64,000 nucleotides of DNA from a virus (lineage: Duplodnaviria > Caudoviricetes). The stretch lies in the IMG/VR virus record IMGVR_UViG_3300032287_003123, positions 1,147 to 65,146 of that record; one strand, given 5' to 3'. Below are positions 37,368-46,478 of the stretch, piece after piece; position 1 is the first letter of the stretch; each line of letters opens with the position of its first letter. Made by a program: the position numbers and the translations under genes. Below the pieces are notes generated by a model. The model made no database searches. It was not told the origin of the DNA and worked only from the letters and a program-made list of their open reading frames with translations.

Positions 37368-38116
37368 CGTATAACCATAGGGTTTTCATCAATAAGATTT
37401 TTATTTATTTCTGTTAATACTTTTTCTCGCATTCCAATGTTTTTAAATCTTTCATATTTTTTGGCAAGTGTTGATCTTCCAAAAACCATACGAGATGTTG
37501 TTACGCTTTTCATTAACTCAACTAATTCTTTGGACATGTTAAATCTTATTAACTCAATTGGTCTATCTGTAAAAAACTCAATATACATCAATGCATCATT
37601 TTCGTTAAATCTAATAATGCCCTTATCTTTCCAGACTTGTAGTTCAAAACTAAAAGGCCTAAACCACTGACCAATATCATATTCTCCAGACATAATAGTT
37701 CCGTACTTTAAAAATTCTGAATTATGAAGATATGGTGGGGTTAATCTTGCTTTTAGGGGCTCTTCTGCAAAAAATATTGTTGTTAGTGGCATAATAAAGT
37801 TTGGACCATAATTATAGACAAAAGGTCTTGTTGAAACTATTGGAATTGCAACGTCACCGTTTTTACTAATATGTTTTTTACCATTAGAAAAATCATACTC
37901 ATACTCAGAGTCAACTGTATTAGAAAAAGTTAGCATCCTCTTGTACATATTGGCAAAAGCAGGACATGCAAATATAGTTTCATCCATATTATCTTTATTC
38001 TTTAATTTTAAAAGATTATTAAAAACCGTCTCAGGCTTATTAAACAAAAATGTGTAGTCTTCTGTATCTCTATCAAATACAGGTGCCCAATATACTTTTA
38101 ATGGTTTTTTCTTCAT
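37364..38116 (-). CDS. divergent member of the same family (paralog 5)
   Basis: FACPAF, PPYLH, GEYDIGQWFRP, DALMYIEF. Confidence 0.5.
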   Translation of the reverse strand: MKKKPLKVYWAPVFDRDTEDYTFLFNKPETVFNNLLKLKNKDNMDETIFACPAFANMYKRMLTFSNTVDSEYEYDFSNGKKHISKNGDVAIPIVSTRPFVYNYGPNFIMPLTTIFFAEEPLKARLTPPYLHNSEFLKYGTIMSGEYDIGQWFRPFSFELQVWKDKGIIRFNENDALMYIEFFTDRPIELIRFNMSKELVELMKSVTTSRMVFGRSTLAKKYERFKNIGMREKVLTEINKNLIDENPMVIR

Positions 38117-38117
38117 C

Positions 38118-38312
38118 TTACTCCTTGTTGCATCTTTCACAAATAATCATACCATGCTTGCATTTTGGTAGTGGACGATAAATATCAAACTGATTTAAAT
38201 AAAATCTAATTAGATCAGGATGGACTTTTACCATGTCTGCTATCCAGGCAACGCTACGGCCCATCGTAATATACTGATTTGTCAGCCAGTCTTTGTTTTG
38301 CCAATCTCTCAC
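38118..38312 (-). CDS. small HTH-like protein with Zn-knuckle tail
   Basis: WL..QY....RSVAWIA..V; CKHG.IIC..C. Confidence 0.5.
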   Translation of the reverse strand: MRDWQNKDWLTNQYITMGRSVAWIADMVKVHPDLIRFYLNQFDIYRPLPKCKHGMIICERCNKE

Positions 38313-39004
38313 TTATACTCTTTTCTTGTCCAAAAGAAATCTCTGTATTGAGCAAAAATATTTGCACCTAGTTTTCTTTTGTGTTTTTCGTAAGACTCTA
38401 AATCTTTCTTGTTGTCAATCTCAAGTTTCCACGACTCTCTCTTAAATGGAATAATCTGTGCTATGGGTGTGCCAGCAGGGATAACTCCTTCAAAATTTGG
38501 ATCCACATAAACAAAAGGAAAGTTAACAATATGCTCTTTATCTGTATCTACGACTCCTTCAAACATCTTTATTGGACTTTTATCTTGATGCATTGGCTGT
38601 GTAAATAAACAAGAATATCCTGCAGGAGTAAATACTGCAAAAGGATTTATAAACTTTTTTGCTGCAACACCTTTTTCTGCTTCAGGATAATTAGAAAATT
38701 GTTCAAAAACATGAGACTGAATAAATGGAAAATTAATAAGATTACTCCATTGGGTAACCTGTGTTTTTTGATTATCTTGATACTCAAATGAAACAAATAT
38801 ATCGGCATGCAGAAGTATTGTGTATCCACTCGTTATAGCATCAAAAACTGGGATGCATCTTTTAATGGTCATACCATGAGGATGTTTTTTATCGTTAAGG
38901 TATGGGTGAGTTTTTTTATACCATTCTGGTAAAACTGCATTGCTAGGAACTGGATAATATCTCTCATCAATATCATAAAGTTTAACTAATCCAAGCCTAT
39001 TCAT
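38309..39004 (-). CDS. dUTPase-fold-like paralog 6
   Basis: PEWYK, TIKRCIPVFDA..GY, TPAGYS, GVVDTD, GTPIAQIIPFKRE. Confidence 0.6.
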   Translation of the reverse strand: MNRLGLVKLYDIDERYYPVPSNAVLPEWYKKTHPYLNDKKHPHGMTIKRCIPVFDAITSGYTILLHADIFVSFEYQDNQKTQVTQWSNLINFPFIQSHVFEQFSNYPEAEKGVAAKKFINPFAVFTPAGYSCLFTQPMHQDKSPIKMFEGVVDTDKEHIVNFPFVYVDPNFEGVIPAGTPIAQIIPFKRESWKLEIDNKKDLESYEKHKRKLGANIFAQYRDFFWTRKEYK

Positions 39005-39005
39005 T

Positions 39006-39206
39006 TCACCACTTCCCAATCGGACAACGAGCATGCAGAAGTTCAGTCTTTAACTTCATAAAACATTTACATTTCTTGCATCTAGACATTTTTGAACTAA
39101 AGAACTCACATCCAGAGCAGATTTTTAGGCGGGAATCAATGACAGCATCGCTGGCTCTAGGCGAAGAAGGCTTCAACCAATCACTAAAGGAAACATCATC
39201 TGACAC
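39006..39206 (-). CDS. small Cys-rich protein (RxxICxxC...CxxCxC...CPIGKW)
   Basis: paralog of 48014-48247. Confidence 0.65.
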   Translation of the reverse strand: MSDDVSFSDWLKPSSPRASDAVIDSRLKICSGCEFFSSKMSRCKKCKCFMKLKTELLHARCPIGKW

Positions 39207-39802
39207 TATACAACCAACTTATCTGGATCGCCTATAACACTTAAATCAACGGTAGTCCATAACTGATGACTCATACTAGATACTATTCTAGCATGCATGC
39301 CTGGTATATCCATAACATATTTATACCCTAGGTCGTTATCCACCTTATTCCAAATACCGCCAGAATAGTCCAATAGAGCGCTATCAAAGACAAATAGGTA
39401 GTAAGTCTTGTCTTCACCCAGTTCGGGCGTTGGAGACCAGTCGTGGTCGTTTTTAGCCACACAGATGTAGTAGTCTGCATGGTTATCTTTGATAGATTTC
39501 ACCATTTCGTCTATGCCACTGTGCTTGCCTAATCTGCTCCCCGAAAATTTAAGGGTAGCATTTTTAATATTATACAAACCAGACTTAATTGAAAAGGTTT
39601 CTCCAGTATCTAGGGTAAAGTCTTTAGAGGGAGAGTTTGTTCTTTGAGGCTTCCAGTCATTTGGCATCCCGTTTTCTTTTAGGGTATCAGAGATAAGTTC
39701 TTCTAGATATTCCCCAATTGCAGGCAGCCTATATATTGTATGATGAAGCCTTAGTTTTTCCAGAAGGTGGACTTTTAAAATATTTTTTACACTCTCTACC
39801 AT
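39206..39802 (-). CDS. PD-(D/E)XK restriction-endonuclease-like protein
   Basis: EYLEE helix, SKD, SIKSG arrangement. Confidence 0.5.
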   Translation of the reverse strand: MVESVKNILKVHLLEKLRLHHTIYRLPAIGEYLEELISDTLKENGMPNDWKPQRTNSPSKDFTLDTGETFSIKSGLYNIKNATLKFSGSRLGKHSGIDEMVKSIKDNHADYYICVAKNDHDWSPTPELGEDKTYYLFVFDSALLDYSGGIWNKVDNDLGYKYVMDIPGMHARIVSSMSHQLWTTVDLSVIGDPDKLVV

Positions 39803-39927
39803 CTAACCATTGTATCGTAAAAGACTTGATCTGTCAATATAACAAAATGTTACCAATATGTGTACATAGGGCATTTTAAATGCAAGGTTTGTACATAGGT
39901 GGTTTGATATCTCTATTTCGGCGGACT

Positions 39928-40212
39928 CTAAAAGAAATGCTTTACAAGTGCTGCGGACGCTAAAATTGTCCAACCAACATTAAAGTATATAATCGTTGGA
40001 AGAGTTTTTACGGTTGAAGTTAATATGAGAGCCAGGCTTGAAACAAGAGCAAAAACATATAGCCACCAAAATTGAACTCCAAAAAGCAATCCAGGAATAA
40101 TAATACTTAGTTTTGTACTAAAGGCCCAGAACTCAATGGAGTTTGTTTTATTCCAATAGGACTTTTGACCAAGTTGTTTGGTGACTTCTACTATCTCTTT
40201 AGGCTTTATCAT
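39928..40212 (-). CDS. small membrane protein
   Basis: three hydrophobic segments. Confidence 0.55.
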   Translation of the reverse strand: MIKPKEIVEVTKQLGQKSYWNKTNSIEFWAFSTKLSIIIPGLLFGVQFWWLYVFALVSSLALILTSTVKTLPTIIYFNVGWTILASAALVKHFF

Positions 40213-40258
40213 TATATCTTCAGTATATCATATACATATTTTCTGGTATAATCTAGGT

Positions 40259-40540
40259 ATGACTCAACATTCCCTCACGACTCTTAGCAACACTTCTGCT
40301 ACCCGCTTGACTCCAACTGGTACACATACAGGCTTGGACATTACTATTCAAAATGTACATGCATCAGCCTATGTTTATATTGGTGGGATTGGTGTAACTT
40401 CTAATAATTATGGATACCGCCTTGCTCCAGGTGCTGCATGGTCTATTGAACTTTCAGGTAAAGATTCTGTATATGCAATTACTGACACAAATACTTCTAA
40501 GGTGGCAGTTCTTTCTACAAACCTAGAATCAGGAAATTAA
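40259..40540 (+). CDS. small beta-rich virion-associated protein
   Basis: TIQN...VYIGG..V....GYRL; leaderless after TGGTATAAT. Confidence 0.6.
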   Translation: MTQHSLTTLSNTSATRLTPTGTHTGLDITIQNVHASAYVYIGGIGVTSNNYGYRLAPGAAWSIELSGKDSVYAITDTNTSKVAVLSTNLESGN

Positions 40541-40542
40541 TT

Positions 40543-42087
40543 ATGGCACGGTTTACCCAAGCAGGTGGATCAGGTTCAGGAGAACCAGGACCACAAGGAC
40601 CATCAGGTAATGATGGTACAAACGGTGCAGATGGTTTAGATTCACTATTTCTTGGTACATGGAATAGCGTAACTGAATTTCTTGCAATATATCAGGGTGG
40701 TCCAGTAGGTTTAGCAGATGGTGATTGGTGGGCTTTTGTAAAAGATAACACTGATCCAAATAAAGTTTATGTAGTTCGTGAAGATCCTAATTCTGCAACT
40801 GGTTGGGTAATTGATGATAACGAAAGTTTTGTTTTACCTCAAGGTGAAGCAGGTGCAGATGGAGCAGATGGAGAAAATGGTACAGACGCACTATGGGATT
40901 ACCTTGGAGAATATAACGGCGGAGTAATATATGGGGCTGGAGCAGTTGTTACATACGATGGACAACTTTGGTATAGAAATGTTTATACATCTGCTGGATA
41001 TGTTCCTGGTGTTGGAAATACTTATTGGGATTTGCTTGCAGCAAAAGGTGCAGATGGTGCTGATGGAGCACAAGGCGACCCTGGCAGTCCAGGACTTGTT
41101 TATCTAGGAAATTATGTTTCAGGTAATGGATACATTGCAAACATTGCTGTTGTAAAAGGAAGCGATAACAATCTTTACATAGCAAAATCAAGTGGTGGAT
41201 TAGGAGATCCAGTTGGAAATAGTGCAGAGTGGAGCATATTCCTTCCAAAGGGTGTTGATGGAGAAGATGCAGTTCTTCCACAAGATTTAGGAACAACAGA
41301 CAGCCCAACGTTTAGCAAGATTACACTTACAAGTAACGGGGAAATAGATAATATCACAATTGGCGATGATGTACTTATTGGTGATGGAAATATTGCAAAC
41401 CACTTAGTAATTGTTGGAAATCAAGATTCAACACAAGGTGGAATTGTTCTTGGTGACAATAAAACTGAACAAGTTTCATCAGATGGGTCAAACCTTTCTT
41501 TAGATGCAGACAATGATATTATTCTTAATCCAGGAAGCACATATGCATATATTGGTACACCAACTATAGGTGGAGAAACAAGAATTGCTACTTGGGATTA
41601 TGTAAACGACACAATTAATACTGGGAGATACGGTGCATCAGCATCATTCTTTAGCACTGTAGACCAAGGTCCACAAGGGTCTGCTGACACTGTTCAGGCA
41701 TTTACATTTAACAATACAGACTGGGCAACAGGAATTACTCTTGCAAGCACTAGCAGAGTAACAATGACAAATGCTGGAAAATATAACATTGCATTTTCTG
41801 CTCAACTATACCAAACAAACAATACTGGAAATGTAAACATATGGCTAAACAAAAACGGTAGCCCAGTAGCAAACACAAACACAAAGGTTAGTATGAACTC
41901 TAATAACCACTACCTTGTTGCTGCTTGGAACTTCTTTGTAAATTCTAATGCTAATGATTATTACGAACTTATGTGGTCTTCATCTAGCACAAATACTTCT
42001 ATACAGTATGATCCAGAGGTTACAATTAATGGAAATGTTCATCCAGCAATACCTTCAATTATTTTGACGGTAAACCAAGTTGGTTAA
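40543..42087 (+). CDS. tail fibre / collagen-repeat protein with C1q-like C-terminus
   Basis: Gly-X-Y stretches, carbohydrate-binding-like repeats, AGKYNIAFSAQ. Confidence 0.7.
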   Translation: MARFTQAGGSGSGEPGPQGPSGNDGTNGADGLDSLFLGTWNSVTEFLAIYQGGPVGLADGDWWAFVKDNTDPNKVYVVREDPNSATGWVIDDNESFVLPQGEAGADGADGENGTDALWDYLGEYNGGVIYGAGAVVTYDGQLWYRNVYTSAGYVPGVGNTYWDLLAAKGADGADGAQGDPGSPGLVYLGNYVSGNGYIANIAVVKGSDNNLYIAKSSGGLGDPVGNSAEWSIFLPKGVDGEDAVLPQDLGTTDSPTFSKITLTSNGEIDNITIGDDVLIGDGNIANHLVIVGNQDSTQGGIVLGDNKTEQVSSDGSNLSLDADNDIILNPGSTYAYIGTPTIGGETRIATWDYVNDTINTGRYGASASFFSTVDQGPQGSADTVQAFTFNNTDWATGITLASTSRVTMTNAGKYNIAFSAQLYQTNNTGNVNIWLNKNGSPVANTNTKVSMNSNNHYLVAAWNFFVNSNANDYYELMWSSSSTNTSIQYDPEVTINGNVHPAIPSIILTVNQVG

Positions 42088-42113
42088 TCTTAAATAATGG
42101 TATAATAAATCTC

Positions 42114-42326
42114 ATGACTCCACAAGATTGGGCTGCATTAGTTTTAACTCTTTTAAGTATTTTTGGTATTCTTGTCGGCGGAGTTAAATTTTTAGTAAAA
42201 CATTATCTATCAGAACTTAAACCAAATTCTGGATCATCGCTAAAAGACTCCGTTAATAGATTAGAAGAAAAAACTGACAAACTTCACGATATGATGTTTG
42301 AACATCTTCAAAATCACTCTAAATAA
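42114..42326 (+). CDS. holin-like membrane protein
   Basis: N-terminal TM, ELKPNSGSSLKD coiled coil. Confidence 0.55.
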   Translation: MTPQDWAALVLTLLSIFGILVGGVKFLVKHYLSELKPNSGSSLKDSVNRLEEKTDKLHDMMFEHLQNHSK

Positions 42327-43055
42327 TTAACGATACTTTTTTGATTTCCAGTGATTAAGTCTATAATAATCTTTTAGTTTCTTATCTCTTTTAATTATTT
42401 TTGATGAATACTCTTTGGTCATTAATTCATCTGTTTTTGAATCCCAGTTTTCTCTTTTAAAAGGTATAACTTGTATCAATGGTGTTCCAGATGGGATTAT
42501 TCCTTGCCAACCCTTTTTAAACATAAAAGGATGTTTTCCAGCATCTCCCCAGCCATCAGTATCAATAACTCCACCTATTGTATAGAATGGAAGATCCATT
42601 CTGTTGATTGGGTGTATAAACATTGAACTATACCCTTTTGGTGTCTTTATGCACCATGTTGGTAGCCAACTAAACTCTGAGTCGTCATAACCTTCAATAT
42701 TTACAAAGTTATGTTTTCTTGGTTGATTGCTTTGAACTAATTGAGGAGATACGTTTTTATTATTAAGTGCCCACGTAATTTGTGGCTTTCCAACATTGTT
42801 TCTGGTTACCTGCATATCGTAAAAAGAAGATATGATGTATCCAGTTGTAAAGGCATCTGTAACTGGTAAACAAGATTTTACAGTTAAATTGTTTCCAGAT
42901 CCACCATAGTTTAAAAAATTTTTACCTTCACTATATTTGGGTAAGTTCCTATGCCATTCTGGGATAAAATTAAGTGCTGGTTTTGGTGGGTCTGAATATG
43001 TTGCAGCATACTCATCAACTGGATAAAAAAGTATATCGTTTTTGAATATTTTAAT
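42327..43055 (-). CDS. dUTPase-fold-like paralog 7 with probable ATT start
   Basis: frame open and homologous 80 codons upstream of ATG 42815 (PEWHR, TVKSCLPVTDAFTTGY); GGGGG RBS 8 nt before ATT. Confidence 0.6.
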   Translation of the reverse strand: MKIFKNDILFYPVDEYAATYSDPPKPALNFIPEWHRNLPKYSEGKNFLNYGGSGNNLTVKSCLPVTDAFTTGYIISSFYDMQVTRNNVGKPQITWALNNKNVSPQLVQSNQPRKHNFVNIEGYDDSEFSWLPTWCIKTPKGYSSMFIHPINRMDLPFYTIGGVIDTDGWGDAGKHPFMFKKGWQGIIPSGTPLIQVIPFKRENWDSKTDELMTKEYSSKIIKRDKKLKDYYRLNHWKSKKYR

Positions 43056-43290
43056 TTTATATACCCCCTATAATATATATATAATATATATAATATATCC
43101 TACTAGTTAGTTATTTCTTTTCTTTATATATTTTAAGTATACACCATCAATACCCTGGCCTATTAGGATAAAACGGACAATTAGGAATATTGTAATTGTA
43201 ACAATTTGATAACAATTTAATATATAACAAAACTTTATAAACTTTAATATACTCTGGCTATTTTTGATAATATAATGTTATAATCATACT

Positions 43291-43343
43291 GGTTGACCCC
43301 TAGGTTGCTCTCTACCCACCCCCACTGCCCCTAGGGGTTAATC
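43291..43343 (+). ncRNA. candidate hairpin sRNA with C-rich loop
   Basis: 14-bp stem GGTTGACCCCTAGG/CCTAGGGGTTAATC starting 6 nt after TGTTATAAT. Confidence 0.45.
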
Positions 43344-43369
43344 CTATTTATTATGGTATAATCAATGAT

Positions 43370-43765
43370 ATGTGCTCACCAACAATAGAAAAATTTGGGG
43401 CAACCCCAGCAAATATACAATGGACAGTTGTTCGTGGAGACTCTTCTTCTTTTACAGTTTCACTTCTTGAAAATGATGAGATAACAGAATTTGACACAGA
43501 AGGTTGGACATACTCTGCAACCGCTTACGACCCAACCTCAGACGTTTTAGATGATCTTCCAGTAACAGTAGATGGTAGCGTTATTACGGTAACAGCCCCA
43601 GCAGAGACAACAGCAAACTGGGGAACTCAGTATAAAACTGTTGTGTCAGAACTATCATTTGATTTACAGGCTAAAGTTCCAGATGGAAATTCAATAATCA
43701 CATGGACTCCAGTAATAGGAACTATATGTGTTCTTGGAGATGTCACACCTGTAGGTAGTCTATGA
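43370..43765 (+). CDS. BppU-like baseplate/tail adaptor protein
   Basis: WTVVRGD motif shared with 44596 and 49331. Confidence 0.55.
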   Translation: MCSPTIEKFGATPANIQWTVVRGDSSSFTVSLLENDEITEFDTEGWTYSATAYDPTSDVLDDLPVTVDGSVITVTAPAETTANWGTQYKTVVSELSFDLQAKVPDGNSIITWTPVIGTICVLGDVTPVGSL

Positions 43766-43854
43766 TAATTAAAATTAATGATAAAAATAATAAGATTCCT
43801 CCAGTAATAAAAATAAACGGAACAGTTTTTAAAACAAAAAAGTAGGAGAGGGAT

Positions 43855-44574
43855 ATGGCAATATCTAAAAGTATGGATTCTCCAATTAAAAAATCAACCT
43901 ATGCCTCTAAGGTAGAAGATTCTCAATATTCAGAAAATACATTATCTTTTTTGCCAGTACCAGGACCACAAGGGCCTCAAGGTCCAAGAGGTGAACAAGG
44001 TCCCCAAGGAATACAGGGCCTCACTGGAGAAAAGGGTGAGCAAGGAAAACCAGGTAAAGATGGAAAAAATGGGGTTGATGGAAAAAGTGTTTTATCTCCA
44101 TCAGAACAGCAAATAGGGTGGGGTTACTATGAAAATATATCACCAATTCAAAAAAGAACTGGCATAGATCAAGGACAAGATGGGTGGGTTACACTATACA
44201 TAAATAATGTTGGTGGCAATACAAACGAAAAATTTTTGCCAAAAGGCAATGTTTCTTTGTGGAATTCAACCACAAGAAAATTTAACTTTAAAACCTTAAA
44301 TATTGGTTCAATTATAACAATTCGTTATAATTTTATACTGACTACATATTCTAATAACACAGAGGTATGGCTAAAAACACTTTTATCTGAAGACTCTATT
44401 TCACCAATTTCTTATGTTGGAAACTTAAAATATCAGTACGACTATGAACTTTCTGTTGATCAAAAAATATTCATGCACGATCAAAAGGTTCAAAATTTTG
44501 GAGGAATACCTCAAGTAAGGACTGACAATCCGTGTGAAGTGGTTCTTGCGTCAGTATACATATCGGTTTCATGA
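43855..44574 (+). CDS. collagen-repeat virion protein
   Basis: about 14 Gly-X-Y triplets. Confidence 0.75.
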   Translation: MAISKSMDSPIKKSTYASKVEDSQYSENTLSFLPVPGPQGPQGPRGEQGPQGIQGLTGEKGEQGKPGKDGKNGVDGKSVLSPSEQQIGWGYYENISPIQKRTGIDQGQDGWVTLYINNVGGNTNEKFLPKGNVSLWNSTTRKFNFKTLNIGSIITIRYNFILTTYSNNTEVWLKTLLSEDSISPISYVGNLKYQYDYELSVDQKIFMHDQKVQNFGGIPQVRTDNPCEVVLASVYISVS

Positions 44575-44595
44575 TATAATGAATCAGGAGGAATA

Positions 44596-44955
44596 ATGGC
44601 ATTTCCAGGTACATATAATTTTAGTTATTATCGTGGCGACACTTTTGAGTTTGTGATTAGCCCGAAATCAGCAAACGGAACAACATTTTCTTTAGACTCT
44701 TTTACTGGTTCTGGCGCTGAAGCAAACTTTGTTATATCTGATGTAAGAGGTTCTGCAGGAGATCAAACAGTTGCACAAGCAGTTGTTGATGATGTTTTGG
44801 ATACAGTAACTTGTACAATAACTTCAACAGTAGGAAGATCCTTGACTGCTGGATCATATGTTTATGACGTTGAAATAGTTAGTACCACTGGTACCATTCA
44901 TACACTTGTTACTGGAACAATAACAGTAACAGACGATATCTCTGGAGCAGTTTAA
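44596..44955 (+). CDS. BppU-like tail protein
   Basis: YRGDTF...YVYDVEI...GTITVTDDI. Confidence 0.6.
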   Translation: MAFPGTYNFSYYRGDTFEFVISPKSANGTTFSLDSFTGSGAEANFVISDVRGSAGDQTVAQAVVDDVLDTVTCTITSTVGRSLTAGSYVYDVEIVSTTGTIHTLVTGTITVTDDISGAV

Positions 44956-45539
44956 TGCTTTCCATTCCCGTAAATACTGATGATCTTGCAATAATTGCTC
45001 CACCAGATATAATTGAGGTTGCAGTTGATATAGGACCAACTGGACAAAGAGGAAGCAAAGTATTTGTTGGCTCTGGAGAACCAAACGGAATTACTGTAGG
45101 TGGGACGATATTTGGACAAAATATTTTACTAAATGATTTGTACATAAATGTTTCTCCAGGTACAAATTATTCTTATATGTATCAATATGTATCAGTGCCA
45201 GGATCAAATCAATGGGAAGAAATACTAAGGGTTAATCCAGCACTACATTCAAGACTTGATACAACAGTTGATTTTTCTTCTGGTACCGCAACTATTACAG
45301 TTCCAATATCTTCAATAGCAACAGTTAGCGGATCTCCGTTTACTGCCTCAAGTTTTAATATTCAGCACAACATAAAGCATTCAAACGTAGTTTCATCCTC
45401 TATATCAAATGTCCAGGTTTCTGGTTCAAATCTTCAAATAACTATAAAGGCAATGGAGTACAGCGGTTCTTGGCAAACACTGACTGCTACAGATGTTTCT
45501 GTTTATCTGTTTATTTCAGTAAACACAACTGTGGTATAA
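44955..45539 (+). CDS. virion structural protein
   Basis: GPTGQRGS, DLYIN; structural context. Confidence 0.55.
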   Translation: MLSIPVNTDDLAIIAPPDIIEVAVDIGPTGQRGSKVFVGSGEPNGITVGGTIFGQNILLNDLYINVSPGTNYSYMYQYVSVPGSNQWEEILRVNPALHSRLDTTVDFSSGTATITVPISSIATVSGSPFTASSFNIQHNIKHSNVVSSSISNVQVSGSNLQITIKAMEYSGSWQTLTATDVSVYLFISVNTTVV

Positions 45540-45557
45540 TCTCTATGAGGTGAAAAT

Positions 45558-46088
45558 ATGGCAGTTGAAACAATTGGCGAGTTAATCCCCACAAAAATAC
45601 CAGGGTATGCTGATTCTGCTGACATTCAGGCAGCACTAAGAGCATATCATTATGGATCATATGACTATGATGTTAATGAAACAAATGCATCAAATTTAGT
45701 AAGCCCTTCTATGGCATACACAATTAACGACTTGCAAACTCAAATAAATAATATAGATACAATTGGCACTGCTGCCTTAACCTCAAAGGGCGCTTTAATA
45801 AGCGCATCTAGTCCTGGGACTGTATCAATTTTATCAGTTGGAACTAATGGAAAAGTTCTAACTGCTAACTCTGGAACCGCCAGTGGGCTTGAATGGGCAG
45901 CACCAGAGGTAACACTAAGCAACTCAATAACTTTCTCCAACAAAACAATAAGTGGACTAAATAATACAATAACAAATATTGGCAATAGTTCATTGGTTAA
46001 TTCATCTATTACAGTTGATGGGTTTGAAGTTGCACTTGGAGAAAACATAGATTTACTTCCAAACGTAATTATGCTAATGGGATGTTAA
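45558..46088 (+). CDS. tail-fibre-like protein
   Basis: LSVGTNGKVLTANS...GLEW; NSSLVNSSIT repeat module. Confidence 0.6.
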   Translation: MAVETIGELIPTKIPGYADSADIQAALRAYHYGSYDYDVNETNASNLVSPSMAYTINDLQTQINNIDTIGTAALTSKGALISASSPGTVSILSVGTNGKVLTANSGTASGLEWAAPEVTLSNSITFSNKTISGLNNTITNIGNSSLVNSSITVDGFEVALGENIDLLPNVIMLMGC

Positions 46089-46129
46089 AAAATCTATGAT
46101 ACAATATGTAAATAACGGAAGGATCCACC

Positions 46130-46456
46130 ATGGCAACAACTTATAAGGTTCTAGCGCAGGCAGCACCTAGCGCAACAACAGAAACAACTCTCTACACAGC
46201 AGGTGCAGCAGCAGTGGTTTCTACAATTTCAATATGTAATCAGGCTGGAACAGCAGGTACTTATCGTATTGCAGTTCGTCCAGCAGCAGATGCCTCAACT
46301 ACTCAGAAGCACTGGATTGTTTACGGAGCAACAGTTCCAGCAAATGATTCAATTATGCTTACAGTTGGAATAACCCTTGCTGCTTCAGATTTGATTCGTG
46401 TCTACGCTTCTTCAGGAGACATGTCATTTGCAGCATTTGGTTCAGAAATTTCCTAA
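46130..46456 (+). CDS. small virion structural protein
   Basis: MATTYKVLAQ...FGSEIS; structural context. Confidence 0.6.
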   Translation: MATTYKVLAQAAPSATTETTLYTAGAAAVVSTISICNQAGTAGTYRIAVRPAADASTTQKHWIVYGATVPANDSIMLTVGITLAASDLIRVYASSGDMSFAAFGSEIS

Positions 46457-46478
46457 TTAAAGATTGAGGTAATCTATT

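Noticed and set aside
43069-43098. (TA)n-rich tract as a functional repeat
   Set aside because: Low-complexity AT stretch in a divergent promoter gap; no further evidence of function
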